In this document: in pieces, positions 39,075-51,779 of the stretch
How the letters are laid out: every line of letters starts with the position of its first letter
How positions within the stretch are numbered: position 1 is the first letter of the stretch
DNA from: Cetorhinus maximus
Taxonomy: Eukaryota
Direction: 5' to 3'
Assembly (NCBI RefSeq): GCF_964194155.1
Contig: NC_135910.1
Span: 9,920,001-9,984,000, forward strand
DNA length: 64,000 nt
The notes under the pieces: model-generated
Databases searched by the model: none
The model's input: the letters and a program-made list of their open reading frames with translations, nothing else
Told to the model about the DNA's origin: nothing
Position numbers and translations under genes: made by a program

Positions 39075-40724
39075 AAGATAAAAGCAAAAAACTGCGGATG
39101 CTGGAAATCCAAAACAAAAATAAAAATGCCTCGAAAAACTCAGCAGGTCCGGCAGCATCTGCGGAGAGGAACACAGTTAACATTTCGAGTCCGAATGAGC
39201 CTTCAACAGAACTAAGTAAAAATAGAAGAGAGGTGAAATATAAGCTGGTTTAAGGGGGGTGGGACAGGTAGAGCTGGATAGAGGGCCAGTGAAAGGTGGA
39301 GATAACCAAAAGATGTCACAGACAAAAGGGCAAAGAGGTGTTGAAGGTGGTGTTATTATCTAAGGAATGTGCTAATTAAGGGTAGAAAGCAGGACAAGCA
39401 AGGTACATATAGCCCTATTGGTGGTGGGGTGGGGGAAAGGGATCGAAATAGGCTAAAAGGTAGAGATAAAACAATGGATGGAAATACATTTAAAAATAAT
39501 GGAAATAAGTGGGAAAAGAAAAATCTATATAAATTATTGGAAAAAAAGGGGGATCAGAAGGGGGGTGGGGATGGAGGAGAGAGTTCATGGTCTAAAGTTG
39601 TTGAACACAATATTCAGTCCGGAAGGCTGTAAAGTGCCTAGTCGGAAGATGAGGTGCTGTTCCTCCAGTTTGCATTGAGCTTCACTGGAACATTGCAGCA
39701 GGCCAAGGAAGGACATGTGGGCATGAGAGCAGGGTGGAGTGTTGAAATGGCAAGCAACAGGGAGGTCTGGGTCATGCTTGCAGACAGACCGAAGGTGTTC
39801 TGCAAAGCGGTCACCCAGTCTGCGTTTGGTCTCTCCAATATAGAGGAAACCGCATTGGGAGCAGCGAATGCAGTAGACTAAATTGAGGGAAGTGCATGTG
39901 AAATACTGCTTCACTCGAAAGGAGTGTTTGGGCCCTTGGGCGGTGAGGAGAGGGGAAGTAAAGGGGCAGGTGTTGCACCTTCTGCGGTTGCATGGGAAGG
40001 TGCTGTGGGAGGGGGTTGAGGTGTGGGGGTGATGGAGGAGTGGACCAGGGTGTCCCGGAGGGACTGATCCCTGTGGAATGCCGCCGGGGGGGGGCTGAAG
40101 GGAAGATGTGTTTGGTGGTGGCATCATGCTGGAGTTGGCGGAGGATGATCCTTTGAATGCGGAGGCTGGTGGGGTGATAAGTGAGGACAAAGGGGACCCT
40201 ATCATGGTTATGGGAGGGAGAGGAAGGTGTGAGGGCGGATGCACGGGAGATGGGCCGGACACGGTTGAGGGCCCTGTCAACCACCGTGGGTGGAAAACCT
40301 CGGTTAAGGAAGAAGGAAGACATGTCAGAGGAACTGTTTTTGAAAGTGGCAACATCAGAACAGATGCGACGGAGGCAAAGGAACTGAGAGAATGGGATGG
40401 AGTCCTTACAGGAAGCAGGGTGTGAGGAGCTGTAGTCAAGGTAGCTGTGGGAGTCGGTAGGCTTGTAATGAATATTGGTGGACAGTCTATCACCAGAAAT
40501 TGAGACAGAGAGGTCAAGGAAGGGAAGGGAAGTGTCAGAGATGGACCATGTGAAAATGATGGAGGGGTGGAAATTGGAAGCAAATTTAATAAATTTTTCC
40601 AGGTCCAGGCGAGAGCATGAAGCAGCACCGAAGTAGTCATCGATGTACCGGAGAAAAAGTTGTGGGAGGGGGCCGGAGTAGGACTGGAACAAGGAATGTT
40701 CCACATACTACATACATACACATA
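39075..40724 (-). mobile_element. Penelope-like element (RT plus GIY-YIG), 5'-truncated, 17-bp TSD
   Basis: FLRYIDDYFG (RT) and NLVYCIRCSQCGFLYIGETKRRLGDRFAEH (GIY-YIG), in different frames. TSD aacattggctaaaccat at 39058-39074 and 40725-40741. Confidence 0.9.
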
Positions 40725-40740
40725 AACATTGGCTAAACCA

Positions 40741-41245
40741 TGTTTAGAGTACTGTGCACAGTTTTGGTCTTCATATTACAAAATGGATGTAGAGGTATTA
40801 GAGAGAATGCAAAAAGAAATATCCAAAGGGATACCAAAACTGAGAGGTTCTAACTATCATGAAAGTCCGGAGGGCTCTTTTTTCTAGGGATCTTTAAAAT
40901 TATGAAAGGGTTTGACAGGGTAGAAGTGGAGAAATTGTTACCACTTGAGGCATTGATCAAAACAGGAGATTATAAATATGCAATAGTTCCTAATAAATCC
41001 AATAGGTAATTCGGGAAAATCATCTTTACCCAGATAGTGATGACAACAAATCACTCAATACCACCCAAGGTAGTCGAGGCAAATAGCACAAATGCATTTA
41101 AGAGTAAGCTAGATAAACACATGAGGGAGAAAGGAATAGAAAGACATTATTAACGAGTTAGATGAAGAGGGGTGGGAGGAAGCTCCTGTGGAGCATAAAC
41201 ACCAGCATAGACCAGTTGGGTCCAATGGGCTGTTTCTGTACTGTA
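40741..41245 (+). mobile_element. CR1 LINE 3' fragment (target of the Penelope insertion)
   Basis: gagtactgtgcacagttttggtct..; CR1 tail. Confidence 0.7.
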
Positions 41246-41339
41246 GGCTCGTCGTAACTATCAGGTCTCCTCCAAGTTCAGACAAGAAAAGCCCCAATCT
41301 GTTGAAGCTTATCTGATAGCGTTATTATTCTTTGGTTTC

Positions 41340-41822
41340 TCCAATTTTACTTGGGGTCGATGGTCACAATGCTGGTTGATCACTTTTCTCTATCTCCTCC
41401 TTTCAATCCCGCTGTGTGTTTAAGTCTCTCATCATCCCATCTTTCCATCTAGTCTTAGACCTTCTTCTTCTACTCCTTCCTGGCAGCCCCATCTTCATCA
41501 CTCACCTCACCACATTTCCTCCCTCTCTCCTCACATTTCAATCTCTTCTCAGCTACTTTCTTCGATGGTCCCACAATCTTCACTCACCCCTTGGTGTTCT
41601 GGTTCCTGATTTTTTTTCCTTTCTTGTTACTTCATACATCCATCTCAGAATCCTCACCCCAGTCGCTCCCCTCTTCTTGGATGTTGCCCAAATTCCTGTA
41701 AGTGTCTTGTAGCTTCTTCCTTTCAGTTTCAGATATTTTTCTATCATATAACACTCAGCTACACATCTTCCAATTACTCCAAGCAGAGCTAATCAATCAA
41801 TCTGTTGCTTACTTTCCCAGTC
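41340..41822 (-). mobile_element. RTE-clade LINE 3' fragment
   Basis: Minus strand encodes a degraded KVAEKRLK..VMKMGLPGR.RRRRSKTRWKDGMMRDL. Confidence 0.55.
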
Positions 41823-42350
41823 GCTGTAATCTCTCAATTCTGGTACCATCCTTGTAAATATTTTTTGCACTTTCACCAGTGCTTCTATGCCCTTTCTATA
41901 GTGTGGAGACAGGACAGTGCATAGTATGTGAATTGCAGCCTGACCAGGACACTATACAAGTTCAGCATAACTTCACTACTTTTGAATTGTTATCCCTAGA
42001 AATAAATCTCAGCGCTACATTGGAATTTCATTGTTTTGCTGACCTGTATTGTTACTTTATTATTCCTGGATCCCTTTGGTCTTCTATCAGGTTCAGTTTC
42101 CATTCAGTTTCTTATTTTCTAGCCCTTAATTTACATTAAAGTTAATTTGTATACTGCAAGATTTTTTAATGTCTTCTTCTATGTTGCATTCTCCCTCAGT
42201 ACTAGCCATACACACAGTTTGGTGTCATCTACAAGTATGATATTGAGTTACTCATTCTGGAGTCCAAGCCTCTGCTTTCCAGTTCGTTTTTTAGACAATT
42301 TGCTATCCATTCAGCCAGTTGCCCACTGACTCCACATGCCTCAACCTTTG

Positions 42351-43389
42351 TGTTATGACCACAGCCGATGTTAATTGCTAAGCAAACCCAAATCTCAGAG
42401 GGAAACTTGGCTTACAGGCCATATCTTATTTTTTGTATTCTGAAAATGAGAAGAAAACATACTGAGCTTAGCAGCAATAAGTCCAGTAACACTTTTGGGA
42501 TTTTAAAAATTAAAAGTAAAAGTTTAATTAACAAGAAGAAAACAAAGCACACAAGATTATAGTTATGCAGTTAAAATTAGTCTGACAAAACATTCCCCCA
42601 AAAGACTCCCTACTGGATCAGACCCACAAGTAAACACCTTCCAGGCAACACTCCCTTATAGATGTTTAACTATAAAAATCCAGTAATATTACCCAGGCAA
42701 ACTGATGTAGCTTTAATAAAGGGATACCACATGACCTCTTAAACTTTCTTCCACTCTGCTGTGTAAATCCAACACTTCAGAACAAGACAACTTTTTGCAG
42801 CCCGACTTTTCTGGCTTGACTGGATGGATGATTCAAACTGCATCTTCTTCCAGCCTAGAGCTGTTTCCAGGAGATCTTCCTCATATAGCCAACAGCCAAC
42901 AACCCCTAAGCTCTCCACAGCAACTGTAAAATACCTTTTACTCCCTTTCATCGCAGGTTCTATTGTTCTGACACGTCTTTGAAACTCAAATCCTTCCAAA
43001 TATAAAATCTTTCATGTTTCTATTTTGTCTCTGCTTTCAGGTCAATTAAATGTAATATGCCATCTTTTTACCCATGGAACTCCTGTAAGATGCAGACGTG
43101 TTTCTTGTAACCTCTGACTTCCCTTTGATATTCAAAAGAACTCTCAACTTATCTAAAAATGCAAATGTTAAAACCAACCTATTTACTTATACTTGAAACC
43201 CACCATAATATCTCATTACAAATGCACGCCTAATGCCTCTATCCTTTCATATCTTAAACCTGCCAGACAACCTGTCTCTAGTGACGTTTCCCCAGCTTAA
43301 TCAAGTCATTTACACACACACAGACACACAGCCTTCCTCACAGAATGGCACAGTATTCCCCAAAAATATTTTAAAAATCCATTCTCAAA
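42351..43389. mobile_element. Probable solo LTR (~1.04 kb) inserted in a CR1 fragment
   Basis: Begins TGTTATG; 5-bp direct repeat ctttg at 42346-42350 and 43390-43394; CR1 sequence resumes after it; the terminal CA is degraded. Confidence 0.55.
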
Positions 43390-43917
43390 CTTTGTAATGA
43401 GCCTACTATATGGTACCTAATTAAAATAACAGTAATGGAAGATTACAGGAGGGTTCAGGGCACAAGGTGTTAATGGGATAATTGACATTTCTACCTGGAG
43501 GAGTTTGAAGGGATCCGTGGGGGTTGTAAAGGCAGGAGAGGAGCCTACTCATGAATCAGGGCTGACTCATCCCACTGCATGATGAGGGTTGGATCCAGAG
43601 TCCTCAACTGCCTAGGTCCTAAATTCCAGAATTCCTTTCCACAGCCTCTCCATCTCTCTCTCCTCCTTTACAGGTTCTCCTTAAAACCTACTTCTTTAAT
43701 CAAGCATTTGATCACCTGCCCTAATATTTCTCACATGGCTGAGTGTTCGTTTTTACCTGACTACATTTCTGTGAAGCAGCTAGGGACATTTTTAAAGGCG
43801 CTCTGTTACTGCAAGTGACTGTTAAGGGAATGATTGACGTATGAGGAAAGATTGGCTATTCAACTCTCTCTTCATAAGCAAAAACCAAGAGAGGACACAA
43901 GAGGGACGTTTAAAAAA

Positions 43918-44385
43918 AAGACTTGCATTTCTAGAGCATATTTCATGATTATTGGATGTCTCAAAGTGCTTTACAGCCAATTAAGTGCTTTTTTGAACTG
44001 TAGTCACTGTTGTAATGTAGGAAGCAGGATAACCAATTTGCACACAACAAGCTCCTACAAACAGCAGCAAGACACGACTAGATAATCTGTTTCAACGGTG
44101 TTGATTGAGGGATAAATATTGGTCAGGACTCTAGGATAACTCCCCTGCTCTTCTTCGAAATAGTGCCATGAAGATTTCTGCATCCATCTGAGGGGGACAG
44201 ATGGGGTCTCAGTTTAAAGACTCACCCAAAAGACAGAACTTCTGGCAATGCAGCATTGCCTCAATACTGCACTGTGTGTTAGCCGTGGATCAGTTGGTAG
44301 CACCCTTGCATCTAAGCCACAAGGCTAGGGGTTTTAAGTCCCACTCCAGTGCTTGAGCACAAAAATCAAAGACTGACACTCCAAT
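43918..44385 (-). mobile_element. Deu-domain SINE (minus) abutting a second SINE head (plus, ~44276-44385)
   Basis: Similar to the other SINE copies. Confidence 0.7.
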
Positions 44386-44639
44386 CGGGGACGATCCAGG
44401 ACAGTCTTGCAGTCCACAACCTCCCATATATTACAGCCCTGACATACTGCCTGCACTGCTATTTCTAGTCTTTATTAATTTGTTTTGCAGTAATTTATCT
44501 CTAGAGCCAACAGGATCACTTGAGATCTGGTATTAATTATTTGATGGGTTAGTTTGTTAGGTAAATTAGTAATTTACAGATTATTTATAATTGATGTAAC
44601 CCAGAGAGCCAATGTTAGTTGAATCCCTGTAACATAGTT

Positions 44640-46345
44640 TTTTTTTATTCTATGAAGAGGGGCAGGGGTTGCTGGTTAATTTGTTGCCCATCCCTAACTG
44701 CCCTTGAGAAGGTGGTGGTGAGCTGCCATCTTGAACCATTGCAGTCAATATGGTGTAGGTACAGCCACAGTACTGTTAGGGAATTCCGGGATTTTGACCC
44801 AGCGACACTGAGAGAACAATGATATATTTCCAAATCAAGATGGTGTGTGTCTTGGAGGGTAACTTGCATGTGGTGGTGTTTCTATTAATCTGCTGCCTTT
44901 GTCCTTCTGGGTGGTAGAGGTCATAGGTTTGAAAGGTGTTGTTGAAGGAGGCTTGGTGAGTTGCTGCAGTGCATCTTGTAGATGGTACACACTGCTGCCA
45001 CGGTTCGTCGGTGGTGGAGGGATTGAATGTTTAGGTGGTGGATGGGCGGCCGATCAGGCGGGCTGCTTTGTCCTGGATGGTGTCGAGCTTCTTGAGTGTT
45101 GTTGGAGTTGCATTCATCCAGGCAAGTGGAAAATATTCCATCACACTCCTGACTTTTGCATTGTATATGAAGGACAGATTTTGGGGAATCAAGTGGTGAG
45201 TTACTTGCTGCAGAATTCCCAACCTCTGGCCTGCTCTTGTAGCCACAATATTTTTATGGCTAGTCCAGTTCAGTTTCTGGCCAATGGTAATCCCCAGGAT
45301 GTTGATAGTGGGGGATTCAGCAATGATAATGCCATTGAGTGTCAAGAGGAGATGGTTGGATTATCTCTTGTTGGATATAGTCATTGCCTGGCACTTTTAT
45401 GGTGCAAATGTTCCTTGCCACTTATCAGCCCAAGCCTGAATGTAATGCAGCAAGACCTGGACATGGACAAGGACTGCTTCAGTATTTGAGGAGTCACGAA
45501 TGGTGCTCAACATTGTGCAACCATCAGTGAACATCCTCACTTCTGACCTTATGATGAAGGGAAAATCATTGATGAAGCAGCTGAAGATGGTTGGGCCTAG
45601 GACACTACCCAGAGGAACTCCTGCAGTGATGTCCTGGGACTGAGATGATTGACCTCCAACAACTACAATAATCTTCCTTTGTATTAGATATGACTCCAAC
45701 CAGTGGAGAGTTCCCCCCCCCACCTCCCCCCTCCCGATTCCCATTGACTCCAATTTTACTAGGGCTCATTGATACCACACTTGGTCAAATGCTGCCTTGA
45801 TGTCAAGGGCAGTCACTCGCACCTCACCTCTTGACTTCAGCTCTTTTGTTCACATTTGGACCAAGGCAGTAATGAGGTCAGGAGCTGAGTGTCCCTGGCG
45901 GAACCCAAACTAAGCGTCAATGTACAGGTTATTGCTAAGTAAGTGCGGCTTGATAACACAGTCAATGACACTTTCCATCACTTTGCAGATGATCAAGAGC
46001 AGACTGATGGGGTGGGTTGGATTTGTCCTGCTTTTTATGGATAGGACATACTTGGGCAATTTTCCACATAGCTGGGTAGATGCCAGTGTTGTAGCTGTAC
46101 TGGAACAGCTTGGCTAAGGGCGCAGCAAGTTCTGGAGCACAAGTCTTCAGTACTATTGCCGGAATATTATCAGGGCCTTTGCAGTGTCCAATGGCTTAAG
46201 CCATTTCTTGATATTAGGTGGAGTGAATCGAATTGGCTGAAGACTCCCATCTGTGATGCTGGGGACCTCAGGAGGAGGCCAAGATGGACCATCCATTTGA
46301 CACTTCTGGCTGAAAATGGCTGCAAATACTTCAGCCTTGTCTTCC
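44640..46345 (-). mobile_element. HER1-type CR1 LINE, 1.7-kb 3' portion
   Basis: GVPLGSVLGPTIFSCFIND, AKVRSVMEYFPLAW and the HER1 tail. Confidence 0.85.
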
Positions 46346-46899
46346 CTCCATCATGTTCAGAAGTGGTCCACTTGGGTTATTTAGTCCCCTAAGATTTAGT
46401 TATCGAATCTGATTTATTTCTTTATACTTTCACCTAATTAGCTTCGATTTAGGTTGGCAGGAGAACACATGGCGGTGTGGGGGCAATGAGCAAAAGGGGG
46501 AGTGGGGGCAATGAGAGAAAGGGGGAGTGGGGGCGATAAGAGAAAAGGGGCAGGAGAAGATGGGGTAAGACTGTTGGAAAGTGTAAATCTGAAGCGAAAA
46601 CAATGACCAGTCAAACAGTCTGGGACAGTGCATGAAGATTAACCACTCGTGTGGTATCAGAGAGCATCTAACACCCACAGAAACAAACGCCAATGACAGT
46701 TACAAAGGAGAATGGATTAAAGCCGGACACTCACTGTCACTAAAATGGTCTCTTGCAACCTGCCAACTCTGGCCCATTTTGGGCATTGGCGACCCAGCTG
46801 TATTCAGGGCACTGAGCCTCAGGAACTTTCCGTACTGATGCAAAACTTTATACCCCCTATTGACTCCAAACCTGCTCCCAGAATGTTCTCCCTCTCTGA

Positions 46900-47600
46900 A
46901 CGGTGCCGGTAGAGTTAAACTGGAGAGGAGGGGACAAGGTCGACGCGGAGTCTGCTCTATTCGTCACGATCCCGAAGGCGCTCTCTCCTGCCAGGCTGAG
47001 GAATGAATCACTCGCTATTTACGAAGTAGTACTCACGCAATTCTTACCGCCTCTTACCTTCTTCCTCTCGCTCTCCCCCGCGCGCCTTCCCCATCTCCAC
47101 TATTTTTTTTTGTTGTCTTTCACTCATTTTTTGTTTTAATTAAAACATCAGGATCGCGGGGATTCCCAACAAACTAGAGCTTTGGGGAAATTGAATTTGA
47201 CTCGAAATCCAATCTTTAAAGTCAAAGTAACAACTCTTATTTTAAAAAAAAACTCAAGAAGATCCTTCCTTTACCACGAAAGTATCCACTTTGGAAAGAT
47301 ACATGAAACTGACACTTTGTAACTCACCCTCTGTGTCCAGCCAGCGCGCCACATTGTAACCTTTCGCTGTGTCAGTTTCACTCGCTCCGGCGAGTGTCAT
47401 CTGCTTCCGACCGCGCACCCGGATCTAGTTGCTGGGCAACTTGACAGGGGTGGTGTGGAGGGAGGAGAAAGGTGGAGAGAGGCAGGGGGAGGGCATTTGT
47501 TCCCCTCCCTCCCTCCCTCCCTCCCTTCCTTCCTTCCGGGCGCTAAAGCTGCTGCCGTCAGGGTGCCTCTCGGGAGTTGTAGTTCTGAGGGTGTCAGCAG
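46900..47600 (-). promoter_or_regulatory. CpG-enriched region with candidate first exon(s), probably a promoter of the SERTAD1-like gene
   Basis: Unique CpG-rich sequence with minus-strand donors AGG|gtgagt (47327), AAG|gtaaga (~47057) and GCG|gtaaga (~47047). Confidence 0.45.
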
Positions 47601-48811
47601 CAGTGAAGCAAAGACTTTGAGACATTCACAGAAGTGTTACAGCACAGAAGGAGCTCATTCAGCCCCTTCGAGCTCGTCCAATTAGATCTCGGCGGGGTCT
47701 GTGTCTCGTTTTTGGGGGGGGAGGGTGAGAGTCTTGAACTGTCCAGCGGGAATGCCTAGCACCAACGAAACTTTTTCGCCCTTCCAAATTACACTTCTGA
47801 GAGTTTGGGCACATTTTGGGTGTCCCCCAAAGGCCATTCTCCGCATGTGAACCAAGGCAGCAAGTGTCTATGGGTTATAGTACCCATCTCAGCCACCTGA
47901 CATCCCCTCCTGGCAAGTTACTGGTTAGTAATCAGGAGAGAGGACTTTGGCCTGTATCCCAAGGACTCTTGAGATCAACCGAGATCAGTTAAAAGGTGAA
48001 AAACACTGGACCTGTGAGTGTTGTTGTCAAGGGCACATTTATTGACCAACCCTAGTAGGCCATGGGAAGGTGGCATTGGGCCTCCTTGCTGAACTGCTGG
48101 ATGATGGTGCACCTACAATGGTGATAGATAGGGAGCTCTAGAATGCTGACCCAGTGATGCATAAGGAACAGCGACATATATATATGACTAAGTCAGGTTG
48201 GTATGTGACTTGGAGTATTGCTTAGGAGGACCGGGCGACTTCGGGCCCAATGGGGTTTCTCTTGTGACATGTCCAGACTTGTTAGAGACGATTGCTGCGA
48301 TTGGTCAACAACTCAATTATTGGCGTATCATGTGACTAGATGGACCTTGGTCTTTTACTTCCAGCAAGTTTCAGGTGTTTCACGTGATGACCTTTCCAAG
48401 ACCAACAAGGTCTTTTGGTCTTTTAAAGTTTAAATTCAGCAGCTGTTGCGCCTGGGACTAGAGAACGCATATAATTTCTTCCAGTGGAGCTCTAATCTCA
48501 CACTAACTTTGGCACAAGATCGGTGAAAAACAACTGTTTCTCTAGGGCTTCCCAAATCACGCAAGCGATTTCTGTGAAAAAAAATGTGGTTTCTGTCGTT
48601 TGACTATGAAACACGTTCAAGTGCACGCTATTGCTTTTATACTAACATTGAGTTGTACAGAGATGCATGTTTCAGACTCCCTGCTTATGAAAAATCCTAT
48701 CCATCATGAATAAGGATGTTAGGACAAAATGCTTGCACAGCCTTCTCTAGTAAGGCCTTGAATGGCAAGCACCATAGATGCTCATTCACTACATGGAGTC
48801 GTTCATATACA

Positions 48812-48912
48812 AACTGAAACAGAATTACCTGGAAAAACTCAGCAGGTCTGGCAGCATCGGCGGAGAAGAAATCAGTTAACGTTTCGAGTCTTCATGACCC
48901 TTCGGCAGAACT
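48812..48912 (-). mobile_element. Penelope terminal fragment with hammerhead-like motif
   Basis: Minus strand gttctgccgaagggtcatgaagactcgaaacgttaac; homologous to 39110-39212. Confidence 0.65.
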
Positions 48913-49908
48913 ATACAAATTGCTTGCCAAGGCTTTTCCAGGCAGTTTTAGAAGAGGCAGAGTTCAACATTTAGTATACAGCTACACACTGCTTTGAACA
49001 TAGGAGTAGGCCATTCGGCCCATCAAGCCTGCTGCACCATTCAATCTACCTCAGTGCCCTTTCATTATCCTCAGATCCCTTGATGTCGTTAGTCTCCAGA
49101 AATATATCGATTTCCTGCTGAACATGCTCAATGATTGACCTTCCACGGCCTCTGGGATAGAGAATTCTAAAGATTCACCACCCCACGTGAAAAAATTCCT
49201 CCTCATCTCAGTCTGAAATGGCCTACCCCTTATCCTGAGATTGTGTCCCCTGGTTTTAGGCTCACCAGCTAGGAGAAACATCCAGCCCATCACACCCTTG
49301 AATTGTCCTGCGACATTTGAGAAATTGAACCTCGAACGAGGCAATTGGATTTCTAGATGGTTGTTGAATTTGATTAAAGGTTACATTTTCAATGGGGACC
49401 ATGGGGAATGTTTGTGTTAAGCTAGTGGTGTTCACTATACTCTACCTTCTACTTCAAAGGTAAACATTACTTATGTACTTTTAACACTCATATACCGGAT
49501 AGCCCTTGGACGTGCATGATAGCACCCATTCTCACACAAGGAATTCCGTTACATCTAGGCCAACACTCCAGTATAGGACCAAGGGAGTGCTTCATCATCA
49601 AGCAGCCAAGTAATCACATGATTTGTATTCAAGGGAACTGCTTCTATACCAGTATAATTTTAAAGTCTGGTTTTATTTTTGAATCTGTAATCTCACTGTT
49701 ACAAAGCAGCATGTTAAGAAGTGAGATACAGGACACTTTAAAACAATATACATCAACAGCATGCATTTATAAAGCGCCTTTAACATAGTAAAAGTCCCAA
49801 GGTGTTTCACTGGAGCTTTATCCGAAAAAATTTGATAGCAAACCACATAAGATATTAGGACAGGTGATCAATAGTTTATTAGGACAGTATGTTAAAAAGC
49901 ATCTTAAG

Positions 49909-50064
49909 NNNNNNNNNNNNNNNNNNNNNNNNNNNNNNNNNNNNNNNNNNNNNNNNNNNNNNNNNNNNNNNNNNNNNNNNNNNNNNNNNNNNNNNNNNNN
50001 NNNNNNNNNNNNNNNNNNNNNNNNNNNNNNNNNNNNNNNNNNNNNNNNNNNNNNNNNNNNNNNN
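49909..50064. other. Assembly gap (156 N)
   Basis: Run of N. Confidence 1.
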
Positions 50065-50455
50065 ATGGGGGCGAGGAGGATGGGGGGGTGAGGAGGAGGA
50101 GGAGGATGGGGGGGCGAGGAGGAGGAGGATGGGGGCGAGGAGGATGGGGGGTGAGGAGGAGGAGGAGGATGGGGGGGCGAGGAGGAGGAGGATGGGGGGC
50201 GAGGAGGAGGAGGATGGGGGGCGAGGAGGATGGGGGGGTGAGGAGGAGGAGGAGGATGGGGGGGCGAGGAGGAGGAGGATGGGGGGCGAGGAGGATGGGG
50301 GGCGAGGAGGAGGAGGAGGATGGGGGGCGAGGAGGAGGAGGATGGGGGGCGAGGAGGAGGAGGATGGGGGGGCGAGGAGGAGGAGGATGGGGGGGGCGAG
50401 GAGGATGGGGGGCGACGAGGAGGATGGGGGGCGACGAGGAGGATGGGGGGTGGAG
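50065..50455. repeat. G-rich compound microsatellite (GAG)n-GAT-G6-8 inside an L2 3' end (~49750-50665, minus)
   Basis: Seen directly; L2 sequence is continuous on both sides of the gap and repeat. Confidence 0.9.
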
Positions 50456-51779
50456 AGAGGCAAGGAGGTTTATGGAGGGAATTCTAAAGCTTAGAGCCTA
50501 GGCAGCTAAAGACACAGCCACCAATGGTGAAATAATGAAAATCAGGGATGTGCAAGAGACCAGAATTGGAGGAGATCTTGGAGGATTAGAAGAGCTTAGC
50601 GAGACAGGGAGGAGTGAGGTCATAGAAGGATTTGAAACAACGGATGAGAATTTAAAAATGTTGCCAGGCCGAGAGCCAAGGCAGGTCAAAAAGTCAAAGA
50701 CAAGAATATGTATGGCAGGGTATGAAGCATAACCAAACTGAACTAATCCTAGAGAGGCATAGATTTCCAATCCAGGTTTTGCAAGGGGAAAGTACCAAGA
50801 TCTCAGGACACTACTGCGCACTTTGTGGGTATGGGTGGTGCATAGTTAGAGTGTGTGAGGCCTCCAGAAAAACCCTGGTCACAGCAAAAGCGTATTCTAC
50901 ACAGACCATCTGGCTCACAACCTAACACACTGTCTCTCCCCACCCCACCATAATCTATAGTAAACCTAACTCCATGGAAAGCCTTGAGAAAGAGTGAATT
51001 TCAGATAACCCTGCAAAATTCCTCTCTAGCTCTTATATGCAAGATCAAGGAATTGAGGGTGATCCTTGCTGCACCACCAAGTAATGTCCAGGCCATTATT
51101 TATCCTTCAACCAACATTGCTTCATATATATTTTTTAAAATTGGTTATTTCACTAATTGTGGTTTGTGAGATGTGTGTGTGTGTGAAAATTTGCTGCTGC
51201 ATTTTCTATACACTTCAAAAAGTACTGCCAAATATTCTGGAAAGTCCAGAGATTGTAAAAGGTGCTATATAAATAGTCTTTGTTTTCATCCACCAGGAAA
51301 TTCGAGGCCAAAGTGTACCCGTTGTTGAATGCAAAAAAAAATGAAAGATCTTAAGCAGGAAAATAAAACTGCAGATGCCATAATTCATGTAATTTTAAAA
51401 ATTTTATTTTAAGAAAATGTAAATACCTGCATTTTCATTGGACTAATTGCATAGACATTTGAGCAGCACCACAGTCTGCTTGACACACTAAACCACAGCA
51501 CATCTGCTGGCACCAACCAGGTCCTTCATTAACAGCTCAAATAACAAGGACCTCATACATCCAAAGTCACTGTCCTTTTTACTGTCCTCACCCCAATGGG
51601 GAACAAGGCTTACCTGTAGATACAAACATCGAACAGCAGACTTTGGAGCTGGAGACACTGGCTAACCAGGTTAATCAAGACAGGGGAGTCAGTAAATCTC
51701 CCCTCAGTGGCAGGAAACCTTGGTATTCGAGGCTTTTATAACAGAAAAGTTAACAGTTCCCACGAGGTCTGTTCAGCAA

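Noticed and set aside
39585-40721. 378-aa and 297-aa ORFs as host genes
   Set aside because: Frameshifted halves of a 5'-truncated Penelope element bounded by a TSD.
49879-50501. Pro/Ser- and Gly/Arg/Glu-rich ORFs
   Set aside because: Translations of a microsatellite and an N gap.
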